A DNA stretch of 32,000 nt from Bacillota bacterium (GTDB lineage: Bacteria; Bacillota; UBA4882; UBA8346): NCBI GenBank assembly GCA_023400055.1, contig JAEXFN010000005.1, positions 267,421 through 299,420 of the forward strand, in the 5' to 3' direction. The translations under genes and the position numbers were made by a program. Positions 8,554 through 15,871 of this stretch are shown here, in pieces; position 1 is the stretch's first letter, and each line of letters starts with the position of its first letter. The notes beneath the pieces were generated by a model, which did no database searches, was not told the origin of the DNA, and was given only the letters and a program-made list of their open reading frames with translations.

Positions 8554-9252
8554 ATGATGAATTTACGCGGCAAGTGTTTGGCCATCGGGTTGCTGGTTTT
8601 ATGGGCCGGCCTGACGGTGTCCGGTTCGACCCTGGCCGAGGGACGGGACCGGGAGTTCTATCTCAAGCTGAATCTGCAGAATTCCGGCCTCGAGGACGAT
8701 TTTGACGTTAACTTCTATGGCACCAAGGACAATACCAAGTTTGCCACCGCTCCCAAATTTGAATCCCATAACGGAGTGGGCCTGGCCATCGGCCAACGGA
8801 TCGGCCGGTTCGCCGGGGAGCTGAGCATGAGTCGGACCAAGTTGCCCGCCAGTTTCCGGCTTTATCAGCAAAGCACGTGGTTTTCCGATAAGAGTGACTG
8901 CGATCAATTCAGCCTGGATTTTAAGTATTATTTCAATGATCCGGCCCAAAGTCCGCTGGCGTTTTACGGGCTGCTGGGCGCCTGCAAAGTCAAGCTCGCG
9001 GTCGACGGCAATGTCGAGTACCAGAGCGGCGGCGTTTATGCCGGTTCGGATGATTCCACCTTCGAGGGCTACGGTCTGGACGCCGGAGTGGGACTGATTT
9101 ATCAATTCGGGCCCATCGCCCTGGATGCGGCGCTGCTCCAGCAGGACCTGCGCTTCAACCGGATTAAGATCGGCGGCACGAAGTACAAGCCCGAATCGGA
9201 TATCAAAAGTTCCGGGACGCTGGTCCGGCTCGGGATGCTTTACCGGTTTTAA
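8554..9252 (+). CDS. Outer-membrane beta-barrel protein (OmpA-beta-barrel/OMP_b-brl-like)
   Basis: SD AAGGAGGGGG is present. The signal peptide is 'MMNLRGKCLAIGLLVLWAGLTVSGSTLA|EG'. Beta-strand periodicity alternates with Gly/aromatic girdles, and the C-terminal 'LGMLYRF' carries the terminal Phe typical of BAM substrates. Confidence 0.75.
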   Translation: MMNLRGKCLAIGLLVLWAGLTVSGSTLAEGRDREFYLKLNLQNSGLEDDFDVNFYGTKDNTKFATAPKFESHNGVGLAIGQRIGRFAGELSMSRTKLPASFRLYQQSTWFSDKSDCDQFSLDFKYYFNDPAQSPLAFYGLLGACKVKLAVDGNVEYQSGGVYAGSDDSTFEGYGLDAGVGLIYQFGPIALDAALLQQDLRFNRIKIGGTKYKPESDIKSSGTLVRLGMLYRF

Positions 9253-9291
9253 GGTTTTAAAATGAATTGATACTTTGGTCGTTGAAAAACG

Positions 9292-9813
9292 GATCACGGA
9301 TTAAACGGATTGAAGGATGGCAAGGATTGAGAGTCCGAGAGTAAGGAGGGTCTTTTCCGTGAAATCCTTAAATCAGTGGAATCCGTGATTCAGTTCGTAT
9401 AATAAGCCCCGGGATCACGGATTAAACGGATTGAAGGATGACACGGATTGAGAGCCCGAGAACAGGGACGATTTTTTCTGTGAAATCCCTAAATCAGTGG
9501 AATCCGTGATTCAGTTCGTATAATAAGCCCCGGGATCACGGATTAAACGGATTGAAGGATGGCAAGGATTGAAAGTCCGAGAGCAGGGACGGTCTTTCCG
9601 TGAAATCCCTAAATCGGTGAAATCCGTGATTCGGTTCGTATAATAAACCCCGGGATCACGGATTAAACGGATTGAAGAATGGCGCGGATTAAGAGCCCGA
9701 GAGTAGGGATGGTTCTTTCTGTGAAATCCTTAAATCAGTGGAATCCGTGATTCCGTTCTTATAATAAGCCCCGGGATCACGGATTAAACGGATTCGAGGA
9801 TGACACGGATTAA
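9292..9813. repeat. Tandem array of a ~121-bp hairpin-forming unit (4 full copies plus a 38-nt truncated fifth)
   Basis: Units start at 9292, 9413, 9534, 9654 and 9775, with spacing 121/121/120/121. The 5' arm GATCACGGATTAAACGGATTGAAGGA is complementary to the 3' arm TCCTTAAATCAGTGGAATCCGTGAT. Each full unit ends in ..TTCGTATAATAAGCCCCGG. Confidence 0.95.
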
Positions 9814-9877
9814 AGCGTGGAACCAGTTGGAGTTTTTGCTCTATGATTCAGCATGTTTATGATCGGGGGGATATTCC

Positions 9878-10291
9878 TTGAAGTATCAAGAAATTACCGA
9901 AAAGATTATTGGATGCGCTTTTGAAGTCCATAAGTTTTTGGGGAATGGATTTCAAGAAGTAATTTATGAACGGGCCTTGGCTTTGGAAATGACTAAGGCA
10001 AAGCTGGCCTATGGGATGGAAGTAGAGATACCGATTTTCTATAAGGATTTTACTGAACCGATTGGTTTGCGGCGGGCCGATTTTATCGTCGAAGAAAAAG
10101 TACTGATTGAGCTAAAAGCCGTTACAAAAATGGAAGATGTACATTTGGCGCAAGCATTAAATTACTTAAAAGCATACCGCTTAGAAGTCGGCTTATTAAT
10201 AAACTTCGGAGCCAAAAGTCTAGAATTGAAGCGATTAATTCTAGATCATGGATTAAACGGATTAAACGGATTGAAGGATGGCAAGGATTGA
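9878..10291 (+). CDS. GxxExxY family protein (PD-(D/E)XK nuclease superfamily, PDDEXK_3-like)
   Basis: 'IIGCAFEVHKFLGNGFQEVIYERALALEM...RADFIVEEKVLIELKAV...HLAQALNYLKAYRLEVGLLINFG' contains the eponymous G-x-x-E-x-x-Y and the D..E.K nuclease core. The last ~15 codons (DHGLNGLNGLKDGKD) are encoded by the flanking repeat. Confidence 0.85.
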   Translation: MKYQEITEKIIGCAFEVHKFLGNGFQEVIYERALALEMTKAKLAYGMEVEIPIFYKDFTEPIGLRRADFIVEEKVLIELKAVTKMEDVHLAQALNYLKAYRLEVGLLINFGAKSLELKRLILDHGLNGLNGLKDGKD

Positions 10292-10348
10292 AAGTCCGAG
10301 AGCAGGGACGGTCTTTTCCGTGAAATCCTTAAATCAGTGGAATCCGTG
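10245..10348. repeat. Sixth copy of the 121-bp unit, with an internal AAACGGATT duplication, ending in the inverted terminus AATCCGTGATC
   Basis: The sequence GATCATGGATTAAACGGATTAAACGGATTGAAGGATGGCAAGGATTGAAAGTCCGAGAGCAGGGACGGTCTTTTCCGTGAAATCCTTAAATCAGTGGAATCCGTGATC is nearly identical to copy 3. Confidence 0.9.
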
Positions 10349-10537
10349 ATCGTTATTATGCTCTTTTTCCGCGGGATCCGCGATCCGGTTGGCTGGAAAT
10401 AACATGAAGATTACACCGCAATGACCAAATCCGAGCTGGCTACATATCATATACCATTGTCACAAGATAATATGTTGCACGAATCCGGGACGGACATAAA
10501 CTGATCGCAACATATTAAAGATGAGGAGCTGGTATGG

Positions 10538-12379
10538 ATGTGCGGAATAGCCGGATGGGTGGATTGGGAGGCCGATCTCCGCGGGGAACGGCCGCTGCTG
10601 GAAACGATGACGCGGCGGCTGGCGGCGCGCGGGCCGGACGCCGAGGGCTATTGGCTCGCGGAACACGCGGCCATCGGACACCGGCGGCTGATCGTGGTCG
10701 ACCCCGCCGGGGGCTGGCAACCGATGATTAAGCATTATGGCGAGCGGACCTATGTGTTGACCTATAACGGCGAGCTTTACAACACGGCGGAAGTCCGCGC
10801 CGAGCTGGAGGCGAAGGGGCACCATTTCGATTCGTACTCCGATACCGAAGTGGTACTGGTCGCCTACATCGAATGGGGTCCGGCCTGTGTGGAACGGTTT
10901 AACGGCATTTATGCCATCGGGATCTGGAGCGAAGCGGAGCAGTCGCTGTTCCTGGCCCGCGACCGGATGGGCGTCAAACCGCTTTTTTACGCCCGCCGAG
11001 GCGCAGCCCTGATTTTTGGTTCGGAGATTAAAGCGCTGCTGGCGCACACCCGGGTGGAAGCGGTGCTCGATGCGGACGGCGTGGCCGAGGTCTTCGGGCT
11101 GGGACCGGCCCGCACGCCGGGGCGGGGGGTTATCAAGGACGTCGCCGAGGTCCGGCCCGGCTATTGGCTGCTCTATGATCAAGCCCATGGCCTGAAGCTT
11201 CATCAATACTGGAAGTTGGAGAGCCATCCCCACACCGACAGCCTGGACACGACCGTGGAGCGGGTCCGCGAGCTGGTGGTCGACGCCATCCGGCGGCAGT
11301 TGGTCTCCGACGTCCCGGTCTGCACTTTCCTCTCGGGCGGCCTGGATTCCAGCGTCATCTCGACGGTGGCGGCCCAGGACTACCGGGCGGCCGGCAATGA
11401 GCCGCTGCGGACCTTCTCCATCGATTATCTGGATAACGACAAATACTTCAAGGCCAGCGCCTTCCAGCCCAATCCCGATCAGCCCTGGGTCGAGCGGATG
11501 GTCGATTTTCTGCAGACCCGTCATTTCCCGGTGCTGGTCGACACCCCCGAGGTTTACGGAGCTTTGCGTGACGCGGTGCTGGCGCGCGACTTGCCGGGCA
11601 TGGCCGACATCGATTCCTCGCTGTTCCTGTTCTGCCGGGAGATCAAAAAAGAAGCGACCGTAGCCCTGTCGGGCGAATGCGCCGATGAGATCTTCGGCGG
11701 ATATCCCTGGTTCCACCGGCCGGACGCGGTGGCGGCCGACACCTTCCCCTGGTCGCTGGCGGTGGATTTTCGGAACCAGTTGCTGGCGCCGGAGTGGCGC
11801 CACCGGATCGATCTGCGGCAGTACGTGACCGACCGTTACCGGGAGACCCTGGCGGAGGTGCCGCGGCTGGCCGGCGAGGACCGCATCGAGGAACGGCGGC
11901 GGGAGCTGTTCTATCTCAATCTGCACTGGTTCATGGCGGTGCTGCTGGACCGGAAGGACCGGATGAGCATGGCTTCGGGGCTGGAAGTGCGGGTGCCGTA
12001 TTGCGATCACCGGATCGTGGAATATGTCTGGAACATTCCCTGGGCCATGAAGACCTGCGAAGGCCGGGAGAAAGGCGTTTTGCGCAAGGCTGTCGCCGAT
12101 CTGCTCCCGGACGAGGTGGTCTGGCGCAAGAAGAGCCCGTATCCGAAGACGCACAATCCCAACTACTTTGAGCGGGTGAAGCGGGAGCTGCAAACGGTGC
12201 TGGCCGCCCCGGACAACCGGCTGCGCGAATTGATCGACGTCTCGACCATCGCCACCGCCGTCCAACAGCCCGATTTCAACGTGCCCTGGTTCGGCCAACT
12301 GATGACCGTGCCGCAACTGCTGGCCTATTTGATCCAGCTGGAGACCTGGCTGCGCGAGTATAAGATAACCATCCGTTGA
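10538..12379 (+). CDS. asnB: Asparagine synthase (glutamine-hydrolysing), AsnB/AsnO type
   Basis: The N-terminal 'MCGIAGW' provides the Cys2 nucleophile of class II amidotransferases. Also present are 'HRRL.IVD', 'YNGELYN', the PP-loop 'SGGLDSS' and 'LSGECADEIFGGY'. Length is 613 aa, and SD GAGGAG lies upstream. Confidence 0.95.
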   Translation: MCGIAGWVDWEADLRGERPLLETMTRRLAARGPDAEGYWLAEHAAIGHRRLIVVDPAGGWQPMIKHYGERTYVLTYNGELYNTAEVRAELEAKGHHFDSYSDTEVVLVAYIEWGPACVERFNGIYAIGIWSEAEQSLFLARDRMGVKPLFYARRGAALIFGSEIKALLAHTRVEAVLDADGVAEVFGLGPARTPGRGVIKDVAEVRPGYWLLYDQAHGLKLHQYWKLESHPHTDSLDTTVERVRELVVDAIRRQLVSDVPVCTFLSGGLDSSVISTVAAQDYRAAGNEPLRTFSIDYLDNDKYFKASAFQPNPDQPWVERMVDFLQTRHFPVLVDTPEVYGALRDAVLARDLPGMADIDSSLFLFCREIKKEATVALSGECADEIFGGYPWFHRPDAVAADTFPWSLAVDFRNQLLAPEWRHRIDLRQYVTDRYRETLAEVPRLAGEDRIEERRRELFYLNLHWFMAVLLDRKDRMSMASGLEVRVPYCDHRIVEYVWNIPWAMKTCEGREKGVLRKAVADLLPDEVVWRKKSPYPKTHNPNYFERVKRELQTVLAAPDNRLRELIDVSTIATAVQQPDFNVPWFGQLMTVPQLLAYLIQLETWLREYKITIR

Positions 12380-12503
12380 CAGTTGCCGGAGATCGTTCCG
12401 GATGGCATGGTTCATCGCTTCTTCCGGTCTTTCCGGTCGCTCCGGCAGCTGGAAAACGTTTCTTGCCAGGCCAAATTGTGATTATGGCATTTTAATATAT
12501 TTT

Positions 12504-12575
12504 ACGGCAGAAAATAACGGATCCTGTCGTATTTTTTTAAACCGATTTGAAACCTTTCCGGGTTCGGTTTTTTGG
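12504..12575 (+). terminator. Candidate terminator region after asnB (two weak hairpins, each followed by a T-run)
   Basis: ACGGCAG..CTGTCGT is followed by ATTTTTTT (12504-12538). GAAACC-TTTCC-GGGTTC is followed by GGTTTTTT (about 12549-12574). The stems are short and imperfect. Confidence 0.4.
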
Positions 12576-12583
12576 CGAAAACC

Positions 12584-12612
12584 TTGACAAACTGGGACTT
12601 TTGTCCTACAAT
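12584..12612 (+). promoter_or_regulatory. Near-consensus sigma-70 promoter upstream of pilB
   Basis: TTGACA (12584-12589), an exactly 17-nt spacer and TACAAT (12607-12612). It lies about 375 nt upstream of the pilB start. Confidence 0.65.
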
Positions 12613-12989
12613 GAAATTATTCTTCAATTTACAATTTTTTTACAAACGCTGCGCTAAATCCCAATTTTTAATGTAGCGTTAATCCCCAGGTCTGGTTATT
12701 TTTAATTCTTTTGTGTATTAATTATAATTAATTAACGAGCTTTTTGCTGCGGATATAACGGACTTCGCCGATCGGCGTCCATTTCTGGAAAATAGGCATT
12801 TAGACCTATGTCGCATTTTGAAGCGATCTGCCGTAATTTGTTTGATCGAATGACGATCATATGCCGCTTTGGGGGCCTCTTTCCTGAGGCGGCGTTCGTA
12901 TATGGCGCGATGATTCCGGGAGTTCGAGGAGCACGACATCGTTTTACCGTTCTGCGGGGAATTTTGAAGCTGGCGCGCGGAGAAAGTTG

Positions 12990-14696
12990 ATGAGTCTAAT
13001 ACCCAAGCTAAAATTAGGCGACTTGCTGGTGGAGCACGGTTTTATCACTCCGGCGCAGCTGGCCGACGCTCTGGCGGAACAGCGCCAAAGCGGAGCCAGG
13101 CTCGGTTCGATCTTGGTGAAAAGCGGTTATATCACCGAACGGAATCTGATCGAGGTTTTAGAGTTTCAGTTGGGCATTCCGCACGTGGTCCTGTCCAAAC
13201 GGCGGATCGAGCCGGAGATCATAGGCATGGTTCCGGAGGCGGTGGCCCGCAAGTATAAGGTTTTTCCGGTCGACCGTTCCAGCGACCGGCTGATCCTGGG
13301 GATGATCGATCCCACCGATGTCTTCGCCGTCGACGAACTCCGGATGTCGCTCGGCATGGAGATTCAGCCGGTCATCGTCACCGAGGCCGATCTGAATCAG
13401 GCGTTCGACCGTTATTACGGGCTCAAGGGCTCGGTCGCCGAAGTCTTCAAGGACCTGGACGTCGAGCTGGAGGAGACCAAGGAGGATTCGCAGTATGACG
13501 ACTTGGAAGCGGCCGAGGAAGCGCCCATCGTCAAACTGGTCAATCTGATCATCAGCCAGGCGGTCCGGGAAAGGGCCAGCGATATCCATCTCGAACCCAC
13601 CGAGGAAGAACTGCTGGTTCGCTACCGGGTGGACGGAATCCTCAAGCGGGTCATGGTTTCCCCGAAGAACACCCAGCCGGCGATCATCTCCCGGATCAAA
13701 ATCATCTCCGGCATGAATATCGCCGAGAAACGGGTGCCGCAAGACGGCCGGATCCAGCTCCGGGTGGAGGGCGTGACCCTCGATCTGCGGGTCTCGGCGG
13801 TCCCCACCATCTTCGGCGAGAAGATCGTGATGCGGCTGCTTTACAAGACCAACATCATGGCCAAGGTGGAGAAACTGGGCTTTCTCCCGGTCATGCTGGA
13901 AAAGTTTCATGCCATCTATCATCAGCCGCATGGGATTATCCTGGTCACCGGGCCGACCGGCAGCGGCAAATCCACCACCTTAAGCGCGGTCCTCAATGAA
14001 CTGAACCAACCCGATGTGAATATCCTTACGGTCGAGGATCCGGTGGAATACCAGATCCCCGGCGTCAATCAGGTTCAGGTCAACAACAAAGCCGGCCTGA
14101 GCTTCGCGACGGCGCTCCGCTCGTTTTTGCGGCAGGATCCCGACATCATCATGGTCGGTGAGATCCGCGACCGGGAGACCGCCGAGATCGCCACCCAGGC
14201 GGCGCTCACCGGCCATCTCGTCTTATCCACCTTGCATACCAATGACGCGCCGGGTTCAGTGACCCGGTTGATCGATATGGGGATCGAACCGTTTCTGGTC
14301 GCCTCCACCGTGGCCGGGATACTGGCGCAACGGCTGGTCCGGGCGATCTGCCCCGAATGTAAAACCGCCTACCGCCTGCAACCGGAGGATCCGTATTATA
14401 AGATCGTGGCGGCCTCGTTGCCCGATTTTCAACCGGAGCAGCAATTGTTTTACAAAGGCGCCGGCTGCCCGCAGTGCAATCAGACCGGCTATGCCCGGCG
14501 GACCGCCATCCACGAAGTGCTCGCCATCAATCAGGAGTTGCGTACGGCCATCAGCCGGAACCTGCCGGCGGTCGCGTTGAAAGAGATAGCGTTACGGAAC
14601 GGGATGATCACCTTGTTTCAGGACGGGTTGGTCAAGGCCCTGGAAGGCCGGACCAGCCTGGATGAGGTGGTCCGGGCAGCTTATATCAGCGAGTAA
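12990..14696 (+). CDS. pilB: Type IV pilus assembly (extension) ATPase PilB with N-terminal MshEN-type domain
   Basis: SD GGAGAAAG is followed by TTG(12987)-ATG(12990). Present are the T2SSE_N/MshEN N-domain, Walker A 'GPTGSGKST', 'IMVGEIRD', 'TGHLVLSTLHTN' and the tetracysteine 'CPECK...CPQC'. Length is about 568 aa. Confidence 0.95.
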   Translation: MSLIPKLKLGDLLVEHGFITPAQLADALAEQRQSGARLGSILVKSGYITERNLIEVLEFQLGIPHVVLSKRRIEPEIIGMVPEAVARKYKVFPVDRSSDRLILGMIDPTDVFAVDELRMSLGMEIQPVIVTEADLNQAFDRYYGLKGSVAEVFKDLDVELEETKEDSQYDDLEAAEEAPIVKLVNLIISQAVRERASDIHLEPTEEELLVRYRVDGILKRVMVSPKNTQPAIISRIKIISGMNIAEKRVPQDGRIQLRVEGVTLDLRVSAVPTIFGEKIVMRLLYKTNIMAKVEKLGFLPVMLEKFHAIYHQPHGIILVTGPTGSGKSTTLSAVLNELNQPDVNILTVEDPVEYQIPGVNQVQVNNKAGLSFATALRSFLRQDPDIIMVGEIRDRETAEIATQAALTGHLVLSTLHTNDAPGSVTRLIDMGIEPFLVASTVAGILAQRLVRAICPECKTAYRLQPEDPYYKIVAASLPDFQPEQQLFYKGAGCPQCNQTGYARRTAIHEVLAINQELRTAISRNLPAVALKEIALRNGMITLFQDGLVKALEGRTSLDEVVRAAYISE

Positions 14697-14717
14697 GATC
14701 CACTCAGGGAGGAAACC

Positions 14718-15782
14718 ATGCAACTGGTTGAGCTGTTAACTTATGCAGTACGGGAAAAGGCGTCCGACATTCATTTGACCATCGGCCGTCCGCCGACGGT
14801 GCGGATCTATGGCGAATTGACGCCGGTGCCCGAAAGCGAAGTCTTAACCAGCGAAACCATTACGGTGCTGATCGCTCCGTTGCTGGACGAGCACAGGCGG
14901 CGGCAGATCGACCAGGAGGGCCACGCCGATTTTTCCTACGGCGTCTCCGGCCTGGGCCGGTTCCGGGTGAACATCTTCCGCCAGCGTTCCACCTTGTCCG
15001 GGGTGATGCGGCTGATCCCCACCGAAATACCTTCCCTGGATGTTTTGGGGCTGCCCGAAGCCTTGCCGGGTTTGACCGAGAAATCGCGCGGCCTGATTCT
15101 GGTCACCGGGCCGACCGGCAGCGGCAAATCCACCACGCTCGCCGCGATGTTGGACCGGATCAATCGGAGCCGCAGTTGTCATATTATCACCTTGGAAGAT
15201 CCCATCGAGTTTTTGCACCGCCATAAACGGAGCATTATTAACCAGCGGGAGATCGGCAGCGACGCCGCTTCCTTCGCCGGCGCCCTACGTGCCGCGTTGC
15301 GCGAGGACCCCGACGTGATCCTGGTCGGCGAGATGCGCGACCTGGAGACGATCCAGACGGCGCTGACCGCCGCCGAAACCGGCCACCTGGTCTTCGCCAC
15401 CTTGCATACCAATGATTGCGCCCAGACCATCGACCGGGTGATCGACGTCTTTCCCCCGCATCAGCAGCAACAGATCCGGATGCAGCTCTCTCTGGTGTTG
15501 CAGGCGATCGTTTCCCAGACGCTGATCCCCCGGGCGGATCAACCAGGACGGGTGGTGGCCTGCGAGGTGATGGTGGTCACTCCGGCGATCCGCAACCTGA
15601 TCCGCGAGGCCAAGACCCACCAGATCCTGACCGCCATCCAGACTGGCGGCAAACTGGGCATGCAGACTATGGACGCCGCCTTGCGGAGTTTATATTTGAA
15701 ACAGCAGATCAGCGTCCAGGAGGCCCTGATGCGTTGCAGCGATCAGGAAGAGTTCAAGCGGTATCTGGGGAATTTCACTTAA
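14718..15782 (+). CDS. pilT: Twitching-motility (retraction) ATPase PilT
   Basis: 354 aa. Walker A 'GPTGSGKST', 'ILVGEMRD', 'TGHLVFATLHTN' and the PilT-signature 'AIRNLIREAKTHQI' are all present. SD GGGAGGAA lies upstream. Confidence 0.95.
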   Translation: MQLVELLTYAVREKASDIHLTIGRPPTVRIYGELTPVPESEVLTSETITVLIAPLLDEHRRRQIDQEGHADFSYGVSGLGRFRVNIFRQRSTLSGVMRLIPTEIPSLDVLGLPEALPGLTEKSRGLILVTGPTGSGKSTTLAAMLDRINRSRSCHIITLEDPIEFLHRHKRSIINQREIGSDAASFAGALRAALREDPDVILVGEMRDLETIQTALTAAETGHLVFATLHTNDCAQTIDRVIDVFPPHQQQQIRMQLSLVLQAIVSQTLIPRADQPGRVVACEVMVVTPAIRNLIREAKTHQILTAIQTGGKLGMQTMDAALRSLYLKQQISVQEALMRCSDQEEFKRYLGNFT

Positions 15783-15871
15783 AGTTTCAAAAAATGACAA
15801 TTCTTTGATAATCCATTTGAGGATTGGATTAAGCAAAAAATTGATAGATGTTTCAAGAGGTAGGGTAATTC

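Noticed and set aside
9292-10348. Possible CRISPR array, given regularly spaced repeats.
   Set aside because: The entire 121-bp unit is repeated with no unique spacers between repeats. The period is far longer than repeat-plus-spacer units with conserved repeats only. No cas genes or leader are present in the window.
10460-12415. 651-aa ORF on the minus strand, the longest ORF in this region.
   Set aside because: It is antisense to asnB, whose sense frame carries the MCGI, SGGLDSS and other canonical motifs. The antisense product is Arg/Pro/Gly/His-rich low-complexity sequence typical of shadow ORFs in GC-rich DNA. The same reasoning applies to 1121-2401(-), 8599-9297(-), 13158-13931(-), 18472-19521(-) and 17470-18357(+).
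12613-12986. c-di-GMP riboswitch (class I or II) in the pilB leader.
   Set aside because: I could not find the conserved GEMM-I cores (GCACAGGGCAAACC / GACGCAAAGCC) or a convincing class II pseudoknot signature. An Infernal scan is needed before any such call.
12808-12990. 60-aa ORF ending at the pilB start, as a leader peptide or small protein.
   Set aside because: It has no SD and no recognisable motif, and it overlaps an equally unconvincing 73-aa ORF on the opposite strand. It cannot be supported from sequence alone.
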